The notes beneath the pieces are model-generated. The model did not search any database, had not been told where the DNA came from, and was given only the letters and a program-made list of their open reading frames with translations. The position numbers and the translations under genes are program-made. Below are positions 32,301-47,051 of a DNA stretch of 64,000 bases, in pieces. The stretch's first letter is position 1. Every line of letters begins with the position of its first letter. This DNA comes from Schmidtea polychroa (lineage: Eukaryota). The stretch is from contig CM097885.1 of NCBI GenBank assembly GCA_044892525.1, positions 1,054,001 to 1,118,000 of the forward strand, given 5' to 3'.

Positions 32301-35300
32301 TTTAGCGTCAAAATGTGTTTTTAAAATAAATTTTAATTTTAAAATACGGCAATGTAATATATTAATTTTTTCCTAACCTTCCTTGATTTTGATTGGTTAG
32401 AATTTGTTACTATAAACAATAATAATCTATAAACAATAATAATCTATAAACAATAATCAATCATTAGTCACATTTAACAAATAATTAACCTTTTAAAATG
32501 AATTCTTTAATAGAAAACGTTATGAATGTTCGAGAAAAAATTCAGGAATTTGGTAAATTTTAATTTATTTATTAATTAATTTAGATAATATTAATGAAGA
32601 CAATTTAAAATCTTTTATTTTTTCTTAAATTTTACATTTACATTATATTCTAAAAAGAGAGTTAATTATAACAATAATATTTCAATTTGTATAAAATTTT
32701 AATTAGTAATTATTCAATTTGAATAAAATATTTATTAGAAATTATTTAATTTATTATAAAATAAAACGCTGTGTTAATTTTAAATAAACTGGATATTAAT
32801 TTTTTGGAAAAAATAAATAAATAAAATAGTCTAAAAGATTAAATTATGGTCTAAAATTTAAAATTTAAAAATTGAAAATTGAAAATTAAAAACTAAACTA
32901 ATCAAACTAAATCAAACGCTATAACCTTAATTCAAGAAATCACTAAAGTAGATCAGAAGATATTAATTATCAAAATGTAACAAAGACTCTGAAATTCATC
33001 AATTTCATCTAATGACCTGGTGATATTCAATACCATTCTCAAGAATGCTAAAGTCGAGAATTCTTTGAATTTAACAATTTCATCTAACTATCCGGCGATA
33101 TTCGATCCGATTCTATAAAGTATTTATCTTTGTAGTTGAATAAAAGTTTATTGTTGATTATAGTTTATCATTAATTATTTTTTTGTTAGGGGTGTTAAAG
33201 AAAATACTTGACTGATTCATTTTTCTCAGATAAAATTTGTTCTGTAATCGGGAAATTCAAGGATGAGAATAAAGGAAATCAATATAAAGAATGGGTGTTT
33301 CTTCGTCCCAAGTGCTACTCACTCCAAGGCGATAAAACACTCTAAAAGCCAAAGGAATAAGACTTACAAATTCTAATATCACCCATGAAGCTTATATAAA
33401 AAGTGTATACTGATGGTGGAACAGTGAGCATCCCATTAAAAAAGAATAGGAAGTGTCAATCATCAGTTGTATACTTTCATGACAGAAAAACGAGCTCTCC
33501 AATGTTTGGACGATAAAAGGCATTGGTACAATTGTAATGAAAGCTATGCCTACGGTCACTATAAGATTCGTCACATGCATATTGCAACTTCTATGTCTAG
33601 AAATGAATGCAAATCGAAACAAGCACTTTAACAATTAAATTTATGTGAATAATAAAATATATATTGTGAATTATTTGACTTCGTTAATTAATTATAATTA
33701 GATTTAAAGAATAATTACCTTTTCATTTAACACTACAGTGTTAATTCTTACCATTTTAGAATAATATTTTTTATCAAAGTTCTTATCTTGATTTATTTAA
33801 TTTTAATTGAAAGTAATGACGAAATAGAACGTGTTGTCTTCAATTTTAATGAATTAATTTGAAATATTATTTAGATAAATATTTGTGTTTAAGGTATTCC
33901 TTAGTAATATTTTTTTTAGAGTTGATGGTTTTTGTGAATTTTTATCATTTTCATGAATTTCATGTGGATAGAATGAATATTTAAAAATTTTAAGTTAGTT
34001 CTAAGATAAATTTAATTAATTTCTTGATAATTGGATGCATTTTTATTGATTGGTTTTTTAATTTTAAATAAAAATTATTTTTAATGACAGTTAGGTTAAT
34101 AATCACGTGATAGGATATGACTTTGTAATAATATTTTTTTTCATATATTTTCTAAGAATTTCATGTAGATTTATTTAAAAATTTAAAGTTTTAATGACGA
34201 TTTTATTTGAATTTCTTGATAATTTGTTAAATTTTAAATAAAAATTAATTTTTTTTAATGACTGTTAGGTTAATAATTAAGTAATTGGTTTAATTTTAGA
34301 TGACTTTGTAATGCATTTGACTAAATAATTTTTTTCAATAATCTTCTAAGAATATTAACACATTGATGAACTTTTTTAAAAAAAACATAAGCTAAGAAAC
34401 CAGTTAACCTTATAAAGAACTTTAAATTTACTTGATAATTTACAGAAATAATATACAAAATTTAATTTACAGAAATAATTTACAAAATAATAATACAGAA
34501 ATTTATGATTAAGTTTGCTTTTATGAACAATCAATATATATCATCTCTAGTTAGGTATTTGATAGGTGAAATATTTGTAGTAAATAATAAGTTTATTATG
34601 TCTTTGTTACATAACTCGACTTTAGCGTCAAAATGTGTTTTTAAAATAAATTTTAATTTTAAAATACGGCAATGTAATATATTAATTTTTTCCTAACCTT
34701 CCTTGATTTTGATTGGTTAGAATTTGTTACTATAAACAATAATAATCTATAAACAATAATAATCTATAAACAATAATCAATCATTAGTCACATTTAACAA
34801 ATAATTAACCTTTTAAAATGAATTCTTTAATAGAAAACGTTATGAATGTTCGAGAAAAAATTCAGGAATTTGGTAAATTTTAATTTATTTATTAATTAAT
34901 TTAGATAATATTAATGAAGACAATTTAAAATCTTTTATTTTTTCTTAAATTTTACATTTACATTATATTCTAAAAAGAGAGTTAATTATAACAATAATAT
35001 TTCAATTTGTATAAAATTTTAATTAGTAATTATTCAATTTGAATAAAATATTTATTAGAAATTATTTAATTTATTATAAAATAAAACGCTGTGTTAATTT
35101 TAAATAAACTGGATATTAATTTTTTGGAAAAAATAAATAAATAAAATAGTCTAAAAGATTAAATTATGGTCTAAAATTTAAAATTTAAAAATTGAAAATT
35201 GAAAATTAAAAACTAAACTAATCAAACTAAATCAAACGCTATAACCTTAATTCAAGAATTCACTAAAGTAGATCAGAAGATATTAATTATCAAAATGTAA

Positions 35301-36008
35301 CAAAGACTCTGAAATTCATCAATTTCATCTAATGACCTGGTGATATTCAATACCATTCTCAAGAATGCTAAAGTCGGGAATTCTTTGAATTTAACAATTT
35401 CATCTAACTATCCGGCGATATTCGATCCGATTCTATAAAGTATTTATCTTTGTAGTTGAATAAAAGTTTATTGTTGATTATAGTTTATCATTAATTATTT
35501 TTTTGTTAGGGGTGTTAAAGAAAATACTTGACTGATTCATTTTTCTCAGATAAAATTTGTTCTGTAATCGGGAAATTCAAGAATGAGAATAAAGGAAATC
35601 AATATAAAGAATGGGTGTTTCTTCGTCCCAAGTGCTACTCACTCCAAGGCGATAAAACACTCTAAAAGCCAAAGGAATAAGACTTACAAATTCTAATATC
35701 ACCCATGAAGCTTATAAAAAAAGTGTATACTGATGGTGGAACAGTGAGCATCCCATTAAAAAAGAATAGGAAGTGTCAATCATCAGTTGTATACTTTCAT
35801 GACAGAAAAACGAGCTCTCCAATGTTTGGACGATAAAAGGCATTGGTACAATTGTAATGAAAGCTATGCCTACGGTCACTATAAGATTCGTCACATGCAT
35901 ATTGCAACTTCTATGTCTAGAAATGAATGCAAATCGAAACAAGCACTTTAACAATTAAATTTATGTGAATAATAAAATATATATTGTGAATTATTTGACT
36001 TCGTTAAT
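29375..36008 (+). repeat. 2320-bp tandem array (~2.7 near-identical copies plus a deleted partial unit) of Polinton-derived DNA
   Basis: Identical ORF calls at 29865/32185/34505 and near-identical calls at 31072/33392/35712 (period 2320). Confidence 0.95.
30880..31318 (+). pseudogene. pPolB C-terminal fragment of a second subfamily (repeated at +2320 and +4640; partial at 36571-36725)
   Basis: SVIGKFKDENKGNQYKEWVFLRPKCYSL..KAKGIRLTNSNITHEAYKK..IGSVNHQLYTFMTEKRALQCLDDKRHWYNCNESYAYGHYKI, frameshifted. Confidence 0.85.
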
Positions 36009-36494
36009 AAAAATATGTTTTATCATTTAATAATTCATTTGTCCAATTAATTTAGATAATTAGTTTTAAGTAAGAATTATTATTTATCATGAAAAACTTT
36101 GCTTTGTTTTGAAAAATTAATGCCCATTTTATTTTAAATTAACACTGCTTTATTTTATGATAATTACTAATTAAAATTTTATTCAAATTGAAATATTATT
36201 GTTACAATTTACACTCTTGTTAGAATATATTAAATGTAAATGTAAAATAATAACAATAAAAAAAAATAATAATAATAATAAATAAATAAAAATTAAATTA
36301 AAAAAAATATTAATTAAATAACGTAAGTAATTAAAATAAAATATTAATAAATAATTAATTAATTAAATGTAATAAATTGAAAATTAACTAAAGTAATTAA
36401 TTAAAACAAAAAACATAATAAAATAATTAATTAATAAATTTAAAAAAAAAATTAAATAGTAGTAATTAAATAAATTTAAAAAATAAATAAATAG

Positions 36495-36570
36495 AAATGA
36501 TTCTATTGACCTATATTTGACCTGGACATTGGGATGACCTTGAAAGTGTCCTGGAGTCCTCACTATATAC
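36495..36570 (-). mobile_element. Family B terminus (inverted), lacking the last bases and fused to a pPolB fragment
   Basis: TGACCTTGAAAGTGTCCTGGAGTCCTCACTATATAC followed directly by AGAAAAACGAGC. Confidence 0.65.
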
Positions 36571-37522
36571 AGAAAAACGAGCTCTCCAATGTTTGGACGA
36601 TAAAAGGTATTGGTACAATTGTAATGAAAGTTATGCCTACGGTCACTATAAGATTCGCCAAATGCATATTGCAACTGCTATGTCTAGAAATGAATGCAAA
36701 TCGAAACAAGCACTTTAACAATTAAATTTATGTGAATAATAAAATATATATTGTGAATAATTTGTTTTCGTTAATTAAAATATGTTTTATCATTTAATAA
36801 TTCATTTGTCCAATTATTTTAGATAATTAGTTTCAAGTAAGAAATATTATTTTCGTGTTTATTTTATTTATTTATTTATTTTTTCCGAAATATTAATATC
36901 CGGTTTATCTTAAATTAAATCATCGTTTTATTTTATAATAAATTAAATAATTTCTAATTAAAATTTTATTCGAATTGAATAATTACTAATTAAAATTTTA
37001 TTCAAATTGAAATATTATTGTTATAATTTACGTTCTTGTTAGAATATAATGTAAATGTAAAATTAAAAAATAATAAATAAATAAATAAAATAAATAATAA
37101 TAATTAAATAACGTTAGTAATTAAAACAAAATATTAAAAAACAAATTAATTAATTAAATGTAATAAATTAAAAATTAACTAAAGTAAGTAATTAAAAATA
37201 TAACATCATAAAATAATTAATTAATAAAATTAAAGAGAAAAAAAAATAAAATAAATAAATAGAAGTAATTAAATAATATTAAAATTAAAAAATAAAAAAT
37301 AAAAATAATAATAATAATAATTAAATAGCGAAGGTAATTAAAATAAAATATTAATAAACTAATGAATTAGTTAAATGTAATAAATTAAAAATTAACTGAA
37401 GTAAGTAATTAAAATATAACATCATAAAATAATTAATTAATAAAATTATAAAGAAAAAATTAAAAAGAAGTAATTAAATAAAATGTTAATTTAAAAAAAA
37501 AATAATAATAATAATAATAATA

Positions 37523-37600
37523 AATGATTCAATTGACCTATATTTGATCTTGATATTCCATGACCTTGAAAGTGTCCTGGAGTCCTCATTATATACTACT
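37523..37600 (-). mobile_element. Family B right terminus ending ACTACT
   Basis: TGACCTTGAAAGTGTCCTGGAGTCCTCATTATATACTACT, joined to sequence found uninterrupted at ~42690. Confidence 0.75.
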
Positions 37601-38009
37601 ACAACACGTTCTATTTCGTCATTACTTTCAATTAAAATTAAATAAATCAAGATAAGAACTTTGATAAAAAATATTATTCTAAAATGGTAAGAATTAACAC
37701 TGTAGTGTTAAATGAAAAGGTAATTATTCTTTAAATCTAATTATAATTATAATCATAATTTTCTTTAATTTAACCCTTTATTTACTTAATTTAGCCCTTG
37801 TTTACCGAATATAGAAGTTTAAAATGTAGACCATTGATTACTTTAATTTAAAAATGTATCCCTTAATTTACATAATTTCCATCTAAAATTATTTCAAAAA
37901 AATTTTTTTTCTAAAATTGTCATTGTAAAATATTTCATAAAAGTTTTCATTTAAAATTATCCAAATTATTGTTCATCGAAAGAACATGATAATAATTGCC
38001 ATTTCTATA

Positions 38010-40035
38010 ATGGAGAATTACTACACGAAAAAATATTATAATAAAACTTATTTTATATGTCCCGTATGTAAGACTAGTGACCCTGTAACATATAGCGTTT
38101 TTTATAATAAACATAAAAATCATTTAGATAGGTTTAATTTTAAAAAAGATAGTGTTTTTAAAAGACCATCAACTATAGAAAAAAATAATACAAATAAAAA
38201 AATTAAATTAGATACTTCTTCTTTTGAATCCCAGGTCGGATTAGAGGTTGAATTCCAGGACGGATTGTCTTTTGTTGAATCCCAGGTCGGATTGCCTTTT
38301 GTTGAATCCAATGATGGATTGGTTGTTGAATCCCAGGTCGGATTGCCTTTTGTTGAATCCCAGGTCGGATTGGTTGTTGAATACAATGATGGATTATTCA
38401 CTTCCTTTGATTCTTGGGATGGATTAAATATAATACAAATAGGTGGAAATGTACCGACAGCACAAAGAGATTTAAGGGGTACCCATCAAATATTAAGCCT
38501 AAATACAGCGACTTAAATATAAAAGAAGTAATATTTCCTGAACAACTAATAATAAAATTACGAGATATTATTAACGAATAAGGCTCCGTCAAAATTCAAT
38601 TCGGAATAACAATCGAATTTGAAAAAGACGGGGAAATAAAGGTTAATAATATCTCAAATTTGGCAAAGCCTTTAACTGCATCATTTTTTGATGAAGGCAT
38701 TAAAGAATTAAATGAGAAAATTACTAATATTACTGAGTTAGGAAGCAGTTGGAATATAAAAAATATTACTGAAATACATTTCACCATAACAAAAATAAGT
38801 AGGTTAAGTAGATTAAGTAGTAGGAGTTTCATTGAAACACCTACTTATCTAAAAAATAAATATCGTTTAATTAATATAAAAAACACTGATGATTCATGTT
38901 TTTTATATAGCATTTTAGCTATTTTAAAATATGATGAAGTTAGTAGTTATGCTAGAGATAGGACATCGAGTTATAATTTATCTGACTTAGTATACGACCC
39001 GTTAGAATTACCTATGAAATTAAAAGACATTAGGAAATTTGAATCTAAAAATTCGGGTTTAATAATTAATGTTTTTTCATATGATAATAGCAAACAATTA
39101 ATTGATAATTATGTATTAAAACATCCACATTTAGATATTATACATCGTTCCAAAGTTTTAAATGGAACTGTAATTAATTTACTACTTTTAAATAAAGGAA
39201 ACAATTTCCATTACGTTGCTATAAGTAATTTAAATAGGTTACTGAATTGTGGTATCAACACTAGTTGTCCTACACGCATACGTTCATTATGGTGCCATCG
39301 GTGTTTGAATATGTTTAGGTACAAACACGCACTGGAAAAACATGAAATATTATGTAAACGTAATCAATTAGGAACAACTCTTTACACTTTCCCTCAAAAT
39401 AAATTATTGCAGTTTACTGACTGGTCGAAAACAGTAACTCCTCCTTTTGTAGTTGATGCCGATTTTGAGGCTATTTTACCTTCTGATAATGTTCATTTCC
39501 AACGACACATGACAATATCTGCTGGTCTTTTACTTGTAAATAACTTTGACGTATCTAAATCTTATCAACAGTTCATAGGTTTAGATTGCGTCGAAAGTTT
39601 TTTAAGTGCTATAGAGGATATAGCATTAAATAAGGTTCTTCCTTTTTATTATAAAATGGGTAGGAAACCTATGATTAAATTAACGAAAATTGAACAACGT
39701 CAATTTGTTAGTGCATCTGTTTGTTATCTTTGTATGAAATCTATCGTTGATCCTGTTAGAGATCACGATCATTTTACGGGGAAATATTTGGATGCAGCTT
39801 GTAGCACATATAACAAAAATAAGAAAATAAATAAAATTTTGCCTATCGTATTTCACAACTTGAAGGGATACGATATGCATCATATACTTAAATACGGATT
39901 AAATAAATTTAAAATTTAGACTTAAGGTTGCATCCCAATAACGACTGAAAAATTTATTTCTTTGATTGCGCAATTAGGCAAAAGAATTGATTCTTTTGAA
40001 TTTGTTAATGATTCTTTAGCTAAAGCAGTCAAACA
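38010..40035 (+). pseudogene. pPolB N-terminal half (Zn fingers, ExoI, endonuclease VII-like motif, ExoII); frameshifted and truncated
   Basis: CPVC..H..H, NIKNTDDSCFLYSILA, WCHRCL..H...C, DADFE, CYLC...DHDHFTGKY, FHNLKGYDMH. Confidence 0.9.
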
Positions 40036-40092
40036 TTGAATTCTTTGCCTTTACGGGTAAGTTGTCTATCAGAGCGATGGCGTTTTTGGGAT

Positions 40093-41200
40093 GTATAATA
40101 TCTAAATGTGGATGTTTTAATACATATTTATCAGTTAATTATTTGCTATTATCATATGAAAAAACATTAATTATTAAACCCGAATTTTTAGATTCAAATT
40201 TCCTAATGTCTTTAAATTTCATAGGTAATTCTAACGGGTTATATACTAAGTCGGATAAATTATAACTCGATGTCCTATTTCTAGCATAATTACTAACTTC
40301 ATCATATTTTAAAATAGCTAAAATGCTATATAAAAAACATGAATCATCAGTGTTTTTTATATTAATTAAACAATATTTATTTTATAGATAAGTAGGTGTT
40401 TCAATGAAACTCCTACCACTTAATCTACTTAACCTACTTATTTTTGTTATAGTAAAGTGGATTTCTGTTATATTTTTTATAATCCAATTGCTTCCTAACT
40501 TTGTAATATTAGTTATTTTCTCATTTAGTTCCTTAATGCCTTGATCAAAAAATGATGCAGTTAAAGGTTTTGCGTAATTGGAGATATTATTAACCTTTAT
40601 TTCCCCGTCTTTTTCAAATTCGATTGTTATTCCGAATTGAATTTTGACGGATCCTAATTCGTTAATAATATCTCGTAATTTTATTATTAGTTGTTCAGGA
40701 AATATTATTTCTTTTATATTTAAGTCGCTAGTATTTAAACTTAATATTTGATGGGTACCTCTTAAATCTCTTTGTATTGTCGATACATTTCCACCTATTT
40801 GTATTATATTTAATCCATCCCAAGAATCAAAGGAAGTGAATAATCCATCATTGAATTCAACAACCAATCCGACCTGGGATTCAACAAAAGGCAATCCGAC
40901 CTGGGATTCAACAACCAATCCATCATTGGATTCAACAAAAGGCAATCCAGCCTGGGATTCAACCTCTAATCCGACCTGGGATTCAAAAGAAGAAGTATCT
41001 AATTTAATTTTTTTATTTGTATTATTTTTTTCTATAGTTAATGGTCTTTTAAAAACACTATCTTTTTTAAAATTAAACCTATCTAAATGATTTTTATGTT
41101 TATTATAAAAAACGCTATATGTTACAGGGTCACTAGTCTTACATACGGGACATATAAAATAAGTTTTATTATAATATTTTTTCGTGTAATAATTCTCCAT
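40093..41200 (-). pseudogene. pPolB N-terminal fragment (inverted)
   Basis: ORF 40382-41200 MENYYTKKYY..., continuing after a frameshift to KHPHLDIIH. Confidence 0.85.
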
Positions 41201-44200
41201 TATAGAATGGCAATTATTATCATGTTTTTTCGATGAACAATAATTTGGATAAAGTATACCTATAAAATAAAAATTTAATAAAAATATATAATTTAAATGA
41301 AAGATTTTAATAAATGTTTACGCAAAAATTTGCAAATTATTATTATTTTACAAATTTTATTTACTAAAAAATAAAAATTTACTAAATTAAAAATATTAAC
41401 ATTTACTTAAATAAAAAATTATATTAAATTTCCTTTAAATTATAAAAAGTAATCAATACTTACATTGTAAATTTCCATTTCGATTTATTGACACATTGAC
41501 ATATTTTTTCTCGTTATTCGTATTACCTAAATTATTAATTAATTAAATTAATAAATTAAAAATTATGTTTACTTTTTCTTTTCAAATTTCCTTTAATCTT
41601 CGATTTTAAATTGTCTTCATTAATATTATCTAAATTAATTAATAAATTAATTAATAAATAAATTAAAATTTACCAAATTCCTGAATTTTTTCTCGAACAT
41701 TCATAACGTTTTCTATTAAAGAATTCATTTTTAAAGGTTAATTATTTGTTAAATGTGACTAATGATTGATTATTGTTTATAGATTATTATTGTTTATAGG
41801 AACAAATTCTAACCAATCAAAATCAAGGAAGGTTAGGAAAAAATTAATATATTACATTGCGGTATTTTAAAATTAAAATTTATTTTAAAAACACATTTTG
41901 ACGCTAAAGTCGAGTTATGTAACAAAGACATAATAAACTTATTATTTACTACAAATATTTCACCTATCAAATACCTAACTAGAAATGATATATATTGATT
42001 GTTCATAAAAGCAAACTTAATCATAAATTTCTGTATTATTATTTTGTAAATAATTTCTGTAAATTAAATTTTGTATATTATTTCTGTAAATTATCAAGTA
42101 AATTTAAAGTTCTTGATAAGGTTAACTGGTTTCTTAGCATATTTTTTTTTAAAAAAGTTCATCAGTGTGTTAATATTCTTAGAAAATTATTGAAAAAAAT
42201 TATTTAGTCAAATGCATTACAAAGTCATCTAAAATTAAACCAATTACTTAATTATTAACCTAACAGTCATTAAAAAAAAATTAATTTTTATTTAAAATTT
42301 AGCAAATTATCAAGAAATTCAATTAAAATCGTCATTAAAACTTTAAATTTTTAAATAAATCTACATGAAATTCTTAGAAAATATATGAAAAAAAAATAAT
42401 TACAAAGTCATATCCTATCACGTGATTATTAACCTAACTGTCATTAAAAATAATTTTTATTTAAAATTAAAAAACCAATCAATAAAAATGCATCCAATTA
42501 TCAAGAAATTAATTAAATTTATCTTAGAACTAACTTAAAATTTTTAAATATTCATTCTATCCACATGAAATTCATGAAAATGATAAAAATTCACAAAAAC
42601 CATCAACTCTAAAAAAAATATTACTAAGGAATACCTTAAACACAAATATTTATCTAAATAATCTTTCAAATTAATTCATTAAAATTGAAGACAACACGTT
42701 CTATTTCGTCATTACTTTCAATTAAAATTAAATAAATCAAGATAAGAACTTTGATAAAAAATATTATTCTAAAATGGTAAGAATTAACACTGTAGTGTTA
42801 AATGAAAAGGTAATTATTCTTTAAATCTAATTATAATTATAATCATAATTTTCTTTAATTTAACCCTTTATTTACTTAATTTAGTCCTTGTTTACCGAAT
42901 ATAGAAGTTTAAAATATAGATCATTGATTACTTTAATTTAAAAATGTATCCCTTAATTTAAATAATTTCCATCTAAAATTATTTCAAAAATTTTTTTTTC
43001 TAAAATTGTCATTGAAAAATATTTCATAAAAATTTTCATTAAAAAATTTCAATTCTCAAACACCTTCTATTATTTTGTTAATAAATTTAAAATCTTACTT
43101 TAATTTGCTTATTACATTACTTATTTAAAAATTATTACTTTAATTTACTTATTTAAAATATTTGACCATTGATTACTTAATTTAAAAATTTGGACCTTAA
43201 TTAACTTTAATTTAATTTTTTAGAACCTTAATTTACTTTAATTTTAAATTTTGACCCTTAATTAACTTTAATTCAAAATTTGGACATTAATTGAAAATTT
43301 TAGACCATACTTTTCCATAAAATTGTCATTGAAAAAATTTTCATTTCTCAGGCGCCGTTTAGTAGGTGGTTAGGAGCCCGCTTCAAATGCAAGCCGTTTT
43401 TTTGCTGCAACATTTGATTGCGCAATTGTTGCAACTTGTTTTTTTTTCTATTGAAAATACTAGAAAAAAAATAATCGTAGCTTACTGTACAACAAAAAAA
43501 ATGAGTTGCAACAATTGCGTAATCAAAATTTGCAGCAAAAAAAAAGTTGCCGCAGACCCCCTCCCCCCCCTAAAATTTTCAATTAAGGTCTAAAATTTTC
43601 AATTAAGTAATTAAGGTCTAAATTTCTCAATTACAGTAAATTATGGTTCTAAAAAATTAAATTACAGTAAATTATGGTCCAAATTTTCAAAAACAGTAAA
43701 TTATGGTATATATTTTTAAACTTAAGTAAATTAAGGTCTAAAATTTAAAAGTAAAGTAAATTTCAATTAAGTAAAGTAAGGTCTAAAATTTTCAATTAAG
43801 GTCTAAAATTTTCAATAAAAGTAAATTAAGGTACAAATTTTGAATTAAAGTTAATTAAGGGTCAAAATTTAAAATTAAAGTAAATTAAGGTTCTAAAAAA
43901 TTAAATTAAAGTTAATTAAGGTCCAAATTTTTAAATTAAGTAATCAATGGTCAAATATTTTAAATAAGTAAATTAAAGTAATAATTTTTAAATAAGTAAT
44001 GTAATAAGCAAATTAAAGTAAGATTTTAAATTTATTAACAAAATAATAGAAGGTGTTTGAGAATTGAAATTTTTTAATGAAAATTTTTATGAAATATTTT
44101 TCAATGACAATTTTAGAAAAAAAAATTTTTTGAAGTAATTTTAGATGGAAATTATTTAAATTAAGGGATACATTTTTAAATTAAAGTAATCAATGATCTA

Positions 44201-45905
44201 TATTTTAAACTTCTATATTCGGTAAACAAGGACTAAATTAAGTAAATAAAGGGTTAAATTAAAGAAAATTATGATTATAATTATAATTAGATTTAAAGAA
44301 TAATTACCTTTTCATTTAACACTACAGTGTTAATTCTTACCATTTTAGAATAATATTTTTTATCAAAGTTCTTATCTTGATTTATTTAATTTTAATTGAA
44401 AGTAATGACGAAATAGAACGTGTTGTCTTCAATTTTAATGAATTAATTTGAAAGATTATTTAGATAAATATTTGTGTTTAAGGTATTCCTTAGTAATATT
44501 TTTTTTAGAGTTGATGGTTTTTGTGAATTTTTATCATTTTCATGAATTTCATGTGGATAGAATGAATATTTAAAAATTTTAAGTTAGTTCTAAGATAAAT
44601 TTAATTAATTTCTTGATAATTGGATGCATTTTTATTGATTGGTTTTTTAATTTTAAATAAAAATTATTTTTAATGACAGTTAGGTTAATAATCACGTGAT
44701 AGGATATGACTTTGTAATAATATTTTTTTTCATATATTTTCTAAGAATTTCATGTAGATTTATTTAAAAATTTAAAGTTTTAATGACGATTTTAATTGAA
44801 TTTCTTGATAATTTGTTAAATTTTAAATAAAAATTAATTTTTTTTAATGACTGTTAGGTTAATAATTAAGTAATTGGTTTAATTTTAGATGACTTTGTAA
44901 TGCATTTGACTAAATAATTTTTTTCAATAATTTTCTAAAAATATTAACACACTGATGAACTTTTTTAAAAAAAAATATGCTAAGAAACCAGTTAACCTTA
45001 TCAAGAACTTTAAATTTACTTGATAATTTACAGAAATAATATACAAAATTTAATTTACAGAAATTATTTACAAAATAATAATACAGAAATTTATGATTAA
45101 GTTTGCTTTTATGAACAATCAATATATATCATTTCTAGTTAGGTATTTGATAGGTGAAATATTTGTAGTAAATAATAAGTTTATTATGTCTTTGTTACAT
45201 AACTCGACTTTAGCGTCAAAATGTGTTTTTAAAATAAATTTTAATTTTAAAATACCGCAATGTAATATATTAATTTTTTCCTAACCTTCCTTGATTTTGA
45301 TTGGTTAGAATTTGTTCCTATAAACAATAATAATCTATAAACAATAATCAATCATTAGTCACATTTAACAAATAATTAACCTTTAAAAATGAATTCTTTA
45401 ATAGAAAACGTTATGAATGTTCGAGAAAAAATTCAGGAATTTGGTAAATTTTAATTTATTTATTAATTAATTTAGATAATATTAATGAAGACAATTTAAA
45501 ATCGAAGATTAAAGGAAATTTGAAAAGAAAAAGTAAACATAATTTTTAATTTATTAATTTAATTAATTAATAATTTAGGTAATACGAATAAAGAGAAAAA
45601 ATATGTCAATGTGTCAATAAATCGAAATGGAAATTAACAATGTAAGTATTGATTACTTTTTATAATTTAAATAAATTTAATATAATTTTTTATTTAAGTA
45701 AATGTTAATATTTTTAATTTAGTAAATTTATTATATTTTAGTAAATAAAATTTGTAAAATAATAATAATTTGCAAATTTTTGCGTAAATATTTATTAAAA
45801 TCTTTCATTTAAATTACATATTTTTATTAAATTTTTTATTTTATAGGTATACTTTATCCAAATTATTGTTCATCGAAAAAACATGATAATAATTGCCACT
45901 CTATA

Positions 45906-46990
45906 ATGGAGAATTATTACACGAAAAAATATTATAATAAAACTTATTTTATATGTCACGTATGTAAGACTAGTGACCCTGTAACATGTAGCGTTTTTTA
46001 TAATAAACATAAAAATCATTTAGATAGGTTTAATTTTAAAAAAATTAGTGTTTTTAAAAGACCCTCAACTATAGAAAAAAATAATACAAATAAAAAAATT
46101 AAATTAGATACTTCTTCTTTTGAATCCCAGGCTGGATTGTCTTTTGTTGAATTCCAGGTCGGTTTGTCTTTTGTTGAATCCAATGATGGATTGGTTGTTG
46201 AATCCTAGGTCGGATTGGTTGTTGAATCCAATGATGGATTATTCACTTCCTTTGATTCTTGGGATGGATTAAATATAATACAAATAGGTGGAAATGTATC
46301 GACAATACAAAGAGATTTAGGAGGTACCCATCAAATATTAAGTTTAAATATTAGCGACTTAAATATAAAAGAAATAATATTTCCTGAACAACTAATAATA
46401 AAATTACGAGATATTATTAACGAATTAGGATCCGTCAAAATTCAATTCGGATAACAATCGAATTTGAAAAAGACGGGGAAATAAAGGTTAATAATATCTC
46501 CAATTACGCAAAACCTTTAACTGCATCATTTTTTGATCAAGGCATTAAGGAACTAAATGAGAAAATAACTAATATTACAAAGTTAGGAAGCAATTGGATT
46601 ATAAAAAATATAACAGAAATCCACTTCACTATAACAAAAATAAGTAGGTTAAGTAGATTCAGTGGTAGGAGTTTCATTGAAACACCTACTTATCTAAAAA
46701 ATAAATATTGTTTAATTAATATAAAAAACACTGATGATTCATGTTTTTTATATAGCATTTTAGCTATTTTAAAATATGACGAAGTTAGTAGTTATGCTAG
46801 AAATAGGACATCGAGTTATAATTTATCCGACTTAGTATACGACCCGTTAGAATTACCTATGAAATTTAAAGACATTAGGAAATTTGAGTCTAAAAATTCG
46901 GGTTTAATAATTAATGTTTTTTCATATGATAATAGCAAACAATTAACTGATAATTATGTATTAAAACATCCACATTTAGATATTATACAT
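45906..46990 (+). pseudogene. pPolB N-terminal fragment
   Basis: ORFs 45906-46208, 46215-46454 and 46859-47053. Confidence 0.85.
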
Positions 46991-47051
46991 CCCAAAAACG
47001 TCATCGCTCTGATAGACAACTTACCCGTAAAGGCAAAGAATTCAAAGTTTT

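Noticed and set aside
37601..37606. TSD for the family B element ending at 37600
   Set aside because: No matching ACAACA directly before the candidate left termini at 9868 or 15158.
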